The notes below the pieces were generated by a model that searched no databases, was not told where the DNA came from, and saw only the letters and a list, made by a program, of their open reading frames with translations. Below are positions 1 to 7,923 of a stretch of DNA of 64,000 bases, piece by piece; position 1 is the first letter of the stretch, and the number at the start of each line of letters is the position of its first letter. Position numbers and translations under genes: made by a program. The DNA lies in contig CATWNM010000001.1 in NCBI GenBank assembly GCA_958352145.1, positions 4,698 through 68,697 on the forward strand, given 5' to 3'. The stretch is from an uncultured Eubacteriales bacterium (lineage in GTDB: Bacteria; Bacillota; Clostridia; Oscillospirales; CAG-272).

Positions 1-327
1 CAGCTTTCCGGCCTATTCGTTAAGAGTGATGCTGTGGCGGCCATTGTCGGAACATATTTTCTGATTGTCAGTGTCGGGTACATTCTGAATACGGTTACAA
101 ACTGCTATCTTGGTGCCCTTAACGGTATGGGAAAACCGTCAAAGAGTATGTTCCTGATGATTTTTTATTACATTGTGGTTCGGATGCCCCTGGCCTACTT
201 ACTTTCCTATCTTGGCTTTGGACTAAATGGAATTTGGGTTGCGGTTCTGGTCAGTCATGTAGTGGCCAGTGTTGCCGCTGGCATCTCTGGAACTATTGCT
301 TTCAAAAAGCGGACAAGTACAACCTAA
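1..327 (+). CDS. MATE family efflux transporter, C-terminal part (5' end outside window)
   Basis: The frame is open from nt 1 (QLSGLFVKSDAVAAIVGTYF...). It has a very hydrophobic multi-TM tail typical of MATE C-termini, with the stop at 325-327. The listed ORF 34-327 begins at an internal GTG. Confidence 0.7.
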   Translation, partial: QLSGLFVKSDAVAAIVGTYFLIVSVGYILNTVTNCYLGALNGMGKPSKSMFLMIFYYIVVRMPLAYLLSYLGFGLNGIWVAVLVSHVVASVAAGISGTIAFKKRTSTT

Positions 328-348
328 GTCAATTTTATTAGGCGAATG

Positions 349-463
349 CAACTGTCCGGCGGCGGTAAATAAAAAAAACCGCCATTGAGACAGTTGGTTT
401 TGTGCGCTCAATTTATATTTTCGGTGGCGGTTTTGAAATACATTTCAAGGCCGCCACCTTTTT
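349..463 (+). promoter_or_regulatory. Nested mutually exclusive helices ending in an intrinsic terminator (attenuator-like) just downstream of the MATE stop
   Basis: Helices 349-356/389-396 and 361-366/378-383 form one structure. Alternative pairing AAACCGCCA 376-384 with TGGCGGTTT 425-433 competes with the terminator stem GGTGGCGG 423-430 / CCGCCACC 451-458, which is followed by T5 at 459-463. Confidence 0.5.
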
Positions 464-527
464 GTCGCTCAAGAGAATGATAACAACCACACGCTAAAGA
501 TTACGGCGGCTTTAGGAGGGAGTCGCC

Positions 528-647
528 GTGAAACAAAAATTGCTTCGACATAATTCGGTGAGAATTGACCCGTCAAAAAAAGTATTTCCCCTGGACAGGG
601 AAACAAATGCAAAGCACTATTTGAAAGAAAACACCAAAATACATTAG
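528..647 (+). CDS. small hypothetical protein (39 aa, GTG start)
   Basis: AGGAGGG at 514-520 lies 7 nt before GTG 528. The product is VKQKLLRHNSVRIDPSKKVFPLDRETNAKHYLKENTKIH, and a strong terminator follows. It is too short for the ORF track and I recognised no family. Confidence 0.3.
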   Translation: MKQKLLRHNSVRIDPSKKVFPLDRETNAKHYLKENTKIH

Positions 648-650
648 ATA

Positions 651-686
651 GCGTCTGGCTGATTGATGAACAGCCAGACGCTTTTT
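651..686 (+). terminator. intrinsic terminator
   Basis: GCGTCTGGCTG (651-661) pairs with CAGCCAGACGC (671-681) as an 11-bp stem with a 9-nt loop, followed by TTTTT at 682-686. Confidence 0.7.
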
Positions 687-775
687 ATTACCTACTATGC
701 GTTTCTATCGGTTGCCGTTCTCCCCCGTTTGTCTACCCGCCCACGCAGACAAACATCAGAAAGGAGAACAGGCTT

Positions 776-1153
776 ATGGCCGAAAAAGATTGGGCTGCGA
801 TCCTTAAAAACGAGGATCGTATTATTGCAAACTCTGACCGCCGGTTCCGGTATCACTGCTACTCCCTGGAGAGTATGAGCGAGGAACTTACATACAAGGA
901 GCGGTCTATCTATATCCAGGATGATTTCACCGAACAACTGATGGTAGAAAATTTCATTGATACTGTCCGGAACGAAAAGCTGGCATATGGTTTACGCCGC
1001 CTGACAGACCGGCAGCGGTACGCCATCGAGCTGGCCTTTTGGGAAGGGTATCAGTACAAGGAAATTGCAGTTATCCTTGACTGCTCACCGGCAGCGGTCA
1101 CGCTTCTGCTTCAAAGGGCCTTTCACCGGCTTCGCAGCTTCTTAGCTGAATAA
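776..1153 (+). CDS. sigma-70 region-4-type HTH protein (mobile-element sigma-like regulator)
   Basis: AAGGAG RBS lies 8 nt upstream. The C-terminal sequence LTDRQRYAIELAFWEGYQYKEIAVILDCSPAAVTLLLQRAFHRLR matches the sigma-70 region 4 / LuxR-like HTH pattern. Confidence 0.7.
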   Translation: MAEKDWAAILKNEDRIIANSDRRFRYHCYSLESMSEELTYKERSIYIQDDFTEQLMVENFIDTVRNEKLAYGLRRLTDRQRYAIELAFWEGYQYKEIAVILDCSPAAVTLLLQRAFHRLRSFLAE

Positions 1154-1306
1154 GTGAAAGCAAGGGCAGCATTCTCGTAATGCTGTCCTTGCCTTTGCCT
1201 ATTCTGCTTTAGTCAAAAAGTTACTGTACCCTTTAATTTTATCGCCCTGGGATCTCCGATGTATAGAGGGACAAGCCCTCAGAAAAAGAATCGGAGGTGT
1301 TTTAAG

Positions 1307-1480
1307 ATGCTGAAAACCGTTAAAGTAATTCGTCTGGCCCCTGGTGAGTCGCTTCTCATCCTGACCGATCACGGGCCGAACCCTGTGCCGCCGCCTGACG
1401 CTGCGGCTGCCCAGTCATGCCCGCTCCTTGTTGATCCCCAGGACGATGATAAGATCGTCGCTCTGGTTCGAGTTGCATAA
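1307..1480 (+). CDS. hypothetical small protein (57 aa)
   Basis: GGAGGTG lies 8 nt before ATG 1307 (MLKTVKVIRLAPGES...). I recognised no motif. The longer ORF 1259-1480 lacks an RBS. Confidence 0.35.
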   Translation: MLKTVKVIRLAPGESLLILTDHGPNPVPPPDAAAAQSCPLLVDPQDDDKIVALVRVA

Positions 1481-1493
1481 GGGAGGGCGCACT

Positions 1494-1889
1494 ATGTATC
1501 TTGTCAAAATCTTAAATGCTGATCACCGCCCTGTCGATGTGGAAGTATCACTTGAAATCTACCGCGTTTACGAGGAAAGCCGAAAGCAGGAGGAACGGCA
1601 GCGGTATGAGCGCCGGAAACATATCGAAGGGAAATCTTTTGATGATTGCCTGCTGTATGATCTGGCTACGGAGCCGCTGGAAGAAACCGCCGAGCGCCTG
1701 GAAACCTTGCTGGAAATTGGCCAGGTGCTGGAGAAACTTCCCCCGTTGCAGCGGTGGCGTTTCATTCTCCATTTTTTCTACGGATACTCCTATTCAGAGA
1801 TTGCCAAAATGCAGGACTGCAATAAATCGGCGGTCATGCGTTCCGTGCATTCCGCTTTGAAGAAAATCCGAAAAAAAGTTGCGGCGTAA
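1494..1889 (+). CDS. sigma-70 family / region-4 HTH protein
   Basis: GGGAGGG RBS precedes ATG 1494. The sequence LPPLQRWRFILHFFYGYSYSEIAKMQDCNKSAVMRSVHSALKKIRK is a sigma-70 region 4_2-like HTH. Confidence 0.7.
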   Translation: MYLVKILNADHRPVDVEVSLEIYRVYEESRKQEERQRYERRKHIEGKSFDDCLLYDLATEPLEETAERLETLLEIGQVLEKLPPLQRWRFILHFFYGYSYSEIAKMQDCNKSAVMRSVHSALKKIRKKVAA

Positions 1890-2384
1890 CTATCAACGAT
1901 TGCCCGTTTTCCCTCCTATATAGTGAAAGGGATTTTAGAAACCCCTTTTGACTGTGTACCTTGAAAAACAACGGGCAATCCGTTCATACTCAGTATTCAA
2001 GTTTTTGAGTGCTGCGCCGAGCATCGCATAGCACAAACGCGATAACCCCCTGCGGATGGTCAGAGCATCCGTCAATACGATAACATCAAAGGGGCTGAGC
2101 GGTCATTTGGTGGCTGATGACCGGCCTGTGGTGGGCCGGAAAGTGCCAGGACGCGCAGCATAAGAAACCGTGCCACTCACCGAAACTTACTGCGAATATG
2201 GTGCCAACCACCTATCGGCGGTATGCGGCGGCTTCAGCAGCCATCCGGCTGACCAACCCTGAACCGGCTTGAATATTCCCTGTATCGGGGGTGTGCTGAT
2301 GGGCAGTCCTGCTGTCCAGAGAATACGATACAAAAAATAAGAGATAAGCGGTGCTGCGTCGGGAAAACCGGCGCAGCACTTCTT
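1890..2384 (+). other. ORF-free, helix-dense segment capped by an intrinsic terminator (candidate structured RNA, family unknown)
   Basis: No credible ORF on either strand. An 11-bp long-range pairing joins 1897-1907 and 1969-1979, and several local hairpins are present. A 12-bp stem at 2350-2378 is followed by TTCTTT. Confidence 0.3.
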
Positions 2385-2456
2385 TGATATAGAGAGGTGA
2401 TAAATGTTTGATTGGATTTCATACTTATTTCTTTTTGATTTTGGGAGAAATGGCTT

Positions 2457-2621
2457 ATGGGAGATGAATGGAATGGCCTAGCGGATTTGCTTGCTGGTTT
2501 AATCGAGAAGTATGCGGATGTTTTAGATATTGACAGTTTGCCAGACCCTAAAGAAAAGAAAAATATTAGTGAGTTTATCGATTTAAAGTGTGAATCTGTT
2601 GAAATTAAAGAGGCTGCATGA
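2457..2621 (+). CDS. small acidic hypothetical protein (54 aa)
   Basis: GGGAGA lies 8 nt before ATG 2457. The product is MGDEWNGLADLLAGLIEKYADVLDIDSLPDPKEKKNISEFIDLKCESVEIKEAA, directly upstream of the recombinase gene. It is below the ORF-track cutoff. Confidence 0.4.
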   Translation: MGDEWNGLADLLAGLIEKYADVLDIDSLPDPKEKKNISEFIDLKCESVEIKEAA

Positions 2622-2722
2622 TATAATTACATCGTGATTATATAGTCCAAACGTTTTTGAGACTGAACCGGTGTATGATGATTATGTAGTGCACATCAGT
2701 GGCACTATGCGTGAGGTTGTGT

Positions 2723-4420
2723 ATGGATAAGAGAAAAACAAAGGTTTATACCTACACCAGAGTGTCAACAGCAATGCAGATTGACGGATACTCTTTGGAC
2801 GCACAGAAGTCAAGAATGAAAGCTTTTGCGGAGTACAATGATTATGAAATTGTAAGAGAATATGAGGATGCTGGTAAGTCCGGAAAATCCATTGAAGGAC
2901 GAATACAGTTTTCCCAAATGATGGATGATATTAAAGAAGGAAAAGACGGAGTTTCTTATGTCCTTGTCTTTAAATTATCCCGTTTCGGGAGAAATGCGGC
3001 AGATGTTCTTTCGACTTTGCAAATAATGCAGGACTTTGGTGTAAATCTAATCTGTGTTGAGGATGGGATAGACTCTTCTAAGGATGCTGGTAAACTGATG
3101 ATTTCCGTTCTCTCGGCAGTCGCTGAAATTGAGAGGGAAAATATTCGTGTCCAAACAATGGAAGGACGTATCCAAAAAGCCAGAGAAGGAAAATGGAACG
3201 GCGGATTTGCACCGTATGGCTATCAGCTTGTGGACGGAAAACTGGAAAAAAACGAGGAAGAGGCAGTAGCAATTCGCGTGATATTCGACCAATATGTGAA
3301 TACCAATATTGGTTCAAATGGCATTGCTAAATATCTGGAAAATCACGGAATACGAAAAATACAACGGCAAAATGGAAAAAATCCTCTGTTTGATGCCCAT
3401 TTGGTTCGCCTAATACTAAGAAATCCAGTATATTGTGGCAAAATCGCCTATGGACGCAGAAGAACAGAAAAAGTACATGGAACCAGAAATGACTATCATC
3501 TTGTAGAACAAGAGAACTATTTACTGGTTGACGGATTGCATGAAGCCATTGTTTCCGAAGAAGTCTGGCAGGCGGCGCAGGTCAAATTACTTGCTCAAGC
3601 AAAAAAATATGAGCATGTGAACAAGGGAAAGGATACGAAAACTCATCTGCTTTCAGGTATTGTAAAATGCCCTGTGTGTGGTGCAGGAATGTATGGAAAC
3701 AAATGTATCAAACACAAAAAAGATGGGACAAAGTATAAGGATTTTTATTACTATGGTTGCAAGCACCGTACCATGACCCGTGGACATAAGTGCGATTACA
3801 AAAAGCAAATCAACGAGGAACTATTGGATGATGCAGTCGCAGAAATCATAGTAGCATTGGTCAGCAAGCCTAAATTTGCCGCAATGATGCAGGAAAAAAT
3901 CAATATGAAGGTAGACACCTCCACAATAGATCAGGAGGTTGCGAATCACGAAAAGCAGCTTCGTCAGTATTATTCCACTAAATCCAAATTGATGGATGAA
4001 ATAGATTCGCTTGATCCTGATGATCGTCATTATATTAAACGAAAAGTAGATCTTGATGACAGGCTTTATCGAATGTATGATAAAATTGAAGAGGAAGAAA
4101 ACCTTCTGGTTGAGGCAAGGGCGAAAAAGCAAGCCATTGAGGCTGAAAAGCTAACCGCAGACAACATCTACAAGGTTCTGATTTATTTTGAAAAACTATA
4201 CGGGGTGATGAATGACGTAGAACGGAGAAGATTTATAGAAGCGCTGATTTCAGAAATACAAATCTTTCCGGAGCGCCAGCCCAATGGACAGTGGCTCAAA
4301 TCAATCAAATTCAAGCTACCAATCATTGGGGAAAATATGGAATTAAGTTTGGACAATGATAAGCATGTGGAGTGCATATGCCTGATATCGAAAATCCCCC
4401 TCCATAATAATCCACAATAA
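2723..4420 (+). CDS. large serine recombinase (resolvase/invertase N-domain + recombinase domain + zinc ribbon + coiled coil)
   Basis: The N-terminus VYTYTRVSTAMQIDGYSLDAQ carries the catalytic Ser motif. It also has a central recombinase domain, CPVCG...YYGC Cys clusters and a long charged C-terminus. GAGG lies 6 nt before ATG 2723, and ORF 2699 is a GTG extension. Confidence 0.93.
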   Translation: MDKRKTKVYTYTRVSTAMQIDGYSLDAQKSRMKAFAEYNDYEIVREYEDAGKSGKSIEGRIQFSQMMDDIKEGKDGVSYVLVFKLSRFGRNAADVLSTLQIMQDFGVNLICVEDGIDSSKDAGKLMISVLSAVAEIERENIRVQTMEGRIQKAREGKWNGGFAPYGYQLVDGKLEKNEEEAVAIRVIFDQYVNTNIGSNGIAKYLENHGIRKIQRQNGKNPLFDAHLVRLILRNPVYCGKIAYGRRRTEKVHGTRNDYHLVEQENYLLVDGLHEAIVSEEVWQAAQVKLLAQAKKYEHVNKGKDTKTHLLSGIVKCPVCGAGMYGNKCIKHKKDGTKYKDFYYYGCKHRTMTRGHKCDYKKQINEELLDDAVAEIIVALVSKPKFAAMMQEKINMKVDTSTIDQEVANHEKQLRQYYSTKSKLMDEIDSLDPDDRHYIKRKVDLDDRLYRMYDKIEEEENLLVEARAKKQAIEAEKLTADNIYKVLIYFEKLYGVMNDVERRRFIEALISEIQIFPERQPNGQWLKSIKFKLPIIGENMELSLDNDKHVECICLISKIPLHNNPQ

Positions 4421-4436
4421 AGGAGGAATATTTTTA

Positions 4437-4934
4437 ATGGGTAAAATTTTCGACTGCGGATTTACAAAAGAAGAAAATTGGTTTCGGTATCGAGCTGGGG
4501 CAATCATTATAGAAAACGGCTGCGTTTTATTCGCAGGAAATGCAAACGAGGACTATCTTTATTCCATCGGCGGCGTCCATATCGGCGAAACAGCCGAGGA
4601 TGCGGTTATCCGTGAAATTTTCGAGGAAACAGGCGTTCATTACGAAATAGACCGTCTGGCCGTGATTCATGAAAATTTTTTTGATGAAAACAGCGGCACG
4701 CTGGCCGGATTGAATTGCCATGAAATTTCCTTTTATTTTATGATGAAACCAAGGGGGACGCAGGAACTTCACAGCAACAGCTATGCATACGGGGCAAAGG
4801 AGGAAATGCACTGGATTCCCATCGAAGCTTTGGAGCAATACAAGGCATTTCCATCATGGCTGTCCGATTACCTAAGCCGGGAACACAGCGGGATCGAGCA
4901 TATTGTCACCGACGATAGACATCGCCGAATATAG
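4437..4934 (+). CDS. NUDIX hydrolase
   Basis: Nudix box GGVHIGETAEDAVIREIFEETGV (GX5EX7REUXEEXGU) is present. AGGAGG RBS starts 16 nt after the recombinase stop. Confidence 0.8.
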   Translation: MGKIFDCGFTKEENWFRYRAGAIIIENGCVLFAGNANEDYLYSIGGVHIGETAEDAVIREIFEETGVHYEIDRLAVIHENFFDENSGTLAGLNCHEISFYFMMKPRGTQELHSNSYAYGAKEEMHWIPIEALEQYKAFPSWLSDYLSREHSGIEHIVTDDRHRRI

Positions 4935-4998
4935 AGCATATGATCCGTTGTAAACACCGGAAATGAAGCAGCCGTTTTCCTCTGCCAAAGCAAAGTAA

Positions 4999-5031
4999 AA
5001 ACAGGCGCCGTGGTAGAAACGGTGCCTGTTT
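4999..5031 (-). terminator. intrinsic terminator of the pot operon (also faces the NUDIX gene)
   Basis: CAGGCGCCG pairs with CGGTGCCTG with a 9-nt loop. On the minus strand the stem is followed by TTTTT. Confidence 0.55.
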
Positions 5032-5049
5032 CTGAATGAGGGCTTAAAC

Positions 5050-6273
5050 TCAATATAGTTTTTCGCGCTTCTTTTTTACAACCGAACGATAGACAAAAAA
5101 TCCCGCAATCAAAACGACGATCACCGCCGCAAGAATATATACGGCCGCACCGATCCCGCCGTCAATCTTTAATTCTTCCCAAAGATCATTGACCAGCGCC
5201 AGCGTGTCGGCATCGAGGTTACGAAAGCTCAGCGCATTATAATTTTCCGCAAAGCTGAAACCCTCGGGATACAAAACTTCCATCGCCTCTTCTCCCATAT
5301 CTTCTTTGTAAACCTCGCTTTCATACACTGCGGAGTTCGGCGAAGCGTAATAAATATATTCCGCATTGGCGATAGCGATCTCTTCGGAGAGCATAAAATT
5401 GATGTAAATTTCCGCAAGTTCCTTATTGGCCGCGCCTTTTGGAATACAAAAAGCGTCTACAAACAAATTGGTGGCAAAGTTTCCGTTCGCATCGGTCGGA
5501 TAATAGAACGCGAGCTTTTCATTGTTTTCAGCCATGGTGAGAAAGTCGCCCGCATAATACACGGCGACCGCAGCCTCGCCCGATTCCATCTTGTTGAACA
5601 TCTCGTCCATGAACCAGCCCTGCACCAACGGTTTTTGCGCCTGAAGCTCTGCAAGCGCTGTGCGCCAAAGCTCCGGATCGGTCGTGTTGACGTCGATTCC
5701 GTTTTTATACATCGCCGTGCCGAACGCATCGCGCGAATTGTTGAACTGCAGAATCTTCTTTTTATACTTGTCATTCCACATAAGGTCCCATTTGCCTGTA
5801 TCCGCAGGATCTACAACCGTAGAATCATAGATAATGCCGACCATGCCGTATGTATACGGAATAGAATAAGCGTCTTCCGGATCGTAATATAGCCCCCGGA
5901 AGTCCCCGGAAATATACGCATAGTTTGGAATGTTGGAAAAATCGAGCTTTTCCAGCATCCCCTCCGCAATCATGCGCTCGATCATATAATCCGAAGGGAT
6001 GATCACATCATAACCGGCCACGCCGCTTTTGAGCTTTGCATACAAGTCCTCGTTGCTCGCATAGGTCGTATAGATCACGTCTATGCTTTCGCCGTAAGTT
6101 TCCTCATAATATTTTTCAAACTCGGCGTTGACATCCAGCGATCCCTCGCTGCCATCGGAAATATACTCGCCCCAATTATAGACGTTCAGCACACGGTCCG
6201 CCGCAAACGCGGGCAGAGACAACAGCATAAAGAGCGCGGCGGCCGCCAGCGCAATATAAATTATTTTTTTCAT
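5050..6273 (-). CDS. potD: spermidine/putrescine ABC transporter substrate-binding protein with C-terminal TM anchor
   Basis: Signal peptide ...LSLPAFA/AD is followed by LNVYNWGEYI, a PotD-type SBP fold signature. The C-terminal hydrophobic helix IGAAVYILAAVIVVLIAGFFVY is followed by KKKREK. Confidence 0.85.
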   Translation of the reverse strand: MKKIIYIALAAAALFMLLSLPAFAADRVLNVYNWGEYISDGSEGSLDVNAEFEKYYEETYGESIDVIYTTYASNEDLYAKLKSGVAGYDVIIPSDYMIERMIAEGMLEKLDFSNIPNYAYISGDFRGLYYDPEDAYSIPYTYGMVGIIYDSTVVDPADTGKWDLMWNDKYKKKILQFNNSRDAFGTAMYKNGIDVNTTDPELWRTALAELQAQKPLVQGWFMDEMFNKMESGEAAVAVYYAGDFLTMAENNEKLAFYYPTDANGNFATNLFVDAFCIPKGAANKELAEIYINFMLSEEIAIANAEYIYYASPNSAVYESEVYKEDMGEEAMEVLYPEGFSFAENYNALSFRNLDADTLALVNDLWEELKIDGGIGAAVYILAAVIVVLIAGFFVYRSVVKKKREKLY

Positions 6274-6274
6274 T

Positions 6275-7099
6275 TCAATCCTCCAAAGTTACAGTCGCTT
6301 TCGGCAATTTCGCTTGTTTTTTATCCCGTCCGGCAAGGTTGGACAAAAGCAGCAAAACCAAAACCGCAATAAAAATCAGGGTGGAAAGCGCATACATATC
6401 CGGCGTGACACGCTTTTTCGTCATAGAATAAATACGGATCGGCAGCGTTTCAAAACCGTTTCCGGTTGTAAAATAACTGATCACAAAATCATCAAGCGAA
6501 AGTGTAAATGCCATGATCAGACCGGATATGACGCCGGGCATAATCAAAGGGAGTTCCACTTTCCAGAATGCCTGAAACGGCGTGCAGCCAAGATCCATTG
6601 CCGCCTCTGTCAAATGCTGATCCATCTGTCGGATTTTCGGCGTGACGGAAAGGATAACATAAGGCAGGTTAAACGTGACGTGCGCGATCAGCACAGTCGT
6701 AAAGCTCAAACTGGCGGATAGTCCCAGCCGTGTGCAGACAAACACAAAAAGCAGCATCATGGAAATTCCGGTCACGATGTCCGGATTCATCATCGGGATA
6801 TTGGTAACGGTCATGACCGCCCCACGCACGTATCTGCTTTTCAGCCGCGCCAGGCCCACTGCCGCCGCTGTTCCGATCAGCGTCGCAATCAAAGAAGAAA
6901 GCACCGCTAAAATCAGCGTATTTTTTAAAGCGGTCAGCGTTGCCCCGTCCCGGAAAAGCTCTCGGTACCAATACAGCGAAAAGCCCGCAAATACGCCGGT
7001 CGAATTGGCTCGGTTAAACGAAAACAAAACCATCACCGCAATCGGCGCATACAAAATTACAAAAATCAGTGCGGTATAAATTTTTGGGAGCGCTTTCAT
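6275..7099 (-). CDS. potC: spermidine/putrescine ABC transporter permease
   Basis: Six-TM BPD-type permease with an EAA-like motif (EAAMDLGCTPFQAFWKVELP). It lies in a potABCD arrangement. Confidence 0.85.
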   Translation of the reverse strand: MKALPKIYTALIFVILYAPIAVMVLFSFNRANSTGVFAGFSLYWYRELFRDGATLTALKNTLILAVLSSLIATLIGTAAAVGLARLKSRYVRGAVMTVTNIPMMNPDIVTGISMMLLFVFVCTRLGLSASLSFTTVLIAHVTFNLPYVILSVTPKIRQMDQHLTEAAMDLGCTPFQAFWKVELPLIMPGVISGLIMAFTLSLDDFVISYFTTGNGFETLPIRIYSMTKKRVTPDMYALSTLIFIAVLVLLLLSNLAGRDKKQAKLPKATVTLED

Positions 7100-7923
7100 A
7101 CGACCACTCCTCCCTCATCATCGGAATACCGGTTCATAACCGCCATGGATATCAAAATAACGATCATCAAAACCAACGACATAGCCGCACCGAGATTATA
7201 GTTGTATGCGCTTTGAAACTGCCGTTCAATCGTATCGCCGATCAAGTCGAAATTGCCGCCGCCGAGCTTCTGTGAAATATAAAAAGTGCTGACCGAAGGA
7301 ACAAACACCATCGTGATCCCCGAAACCACGCCAGAACGGCTGAGCGGCATAACCACTTTAAAAAAAGTCTGCGCAGGTGTACACCCAAGATCGGCCGCCG
7401 CCTCAAGCAAGCGCCGGTCCAGTTTGGAAAGCGCCGTATAAATTGGTAAAACCATATACGGCAGATAGTTATACACCATACCGAAGATAACAGCGCCGGC
7501 CGTGTTGATCATATGAACTGGTTTTAACCCGGCAGCACGGAGCAGAGAATTTAAAAAACCCGTATCCTCTATAATCGCCATGATCGAATACGTGCGGATC
7601 AAAAAATTCATCCACATCGGAAGCATAATTAGCATAATATAAATTTTTTGCGATCCGGGCTTGGCTCGGGCGACGGCATACGCCAGCGGATAAGCTACCA
7701 AAAGACAAATAGCCGTAGCTGCCAGCGCAAAACTCGCAGAACGCATAAAAATATCGGCATAACTTGCGCTGCCAAGCTGTTTGATATTGCCCAGCGTGAA
7801 GCTGCCGTTTCTGTCTGTAAACGCATAATACAGAACAAATGCGAGCGGCGCCAAAATGAAAAGCACAGACCAGAGCACATACGGCGCAGACATCAGGCGC
7901 GCCATCAGAGACTTACTGCGCAT
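7096..7923 (-). CDS. potB: spermidine/putrescine ABC transporter permease
   Basis: [20 protein letters not shown] motif. GGGGAGGG lies 9 nt before ATG 7923, and the gene overlaps the potA stop by 11 nt. Confidence 0.85.
   Translation of the reverse strand: MRSKSLMARLMSAPYVLWSVLFILAPLAFVLYYAFTDRNGSFTLGNIKQLGSASYADIFMRSASFALAATAICLLVAYPLAYAVARAKPGSQKIYIMLIMLPMWMNFLIRTYSIMAIIEDTGFLNSLLRAAGLKPVHMINTAGAVIFGMVYNYLPYMVLPIYTALSKLDRRLLEAAADLGCTPAQTFFKVVMPLSRSGVVSGITMVFVPSVSTFYISQKLGGGNFDLIGDTIERQFQSAYNYNLGAAMSLVLMIVILISMAVMNRYSDDEGGVVV

Larger units (their letters stand above)
1..4934. mobile_element. End of an integrative (ICE/Tn5397-like architecture) element; left part outside window, right boundary unresolved (4421-5049)
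   Basis: The segment carries a cargo MATE gene, terminator-separated small ORFs, two sigma-70 region-4-like proteins and a terminal large serine recombinase. The recombinase gene is about 40% GC, clearly lower than the 50-60% GC host genes to the right. Confidence 0.55.

Noticed and set aside
1890-2456. I tried to assign the structured segment to RNase P, SRP, tmRNA, cobalamin or TPP riboswitches, or an ORF-less group II intron. The hairpin at 2350-2378 was considered as domain V.
   Set aside because: Only vague resemblances are present (GGAAAGTGCCAGG, GGGGCTGAG). It lacks the RNase P P4 sequence, a B12 box, a THI box, the domain V AGC triad with its 2-nt bulge, and a GUGYG 5' end. It is therefore left unassigned.
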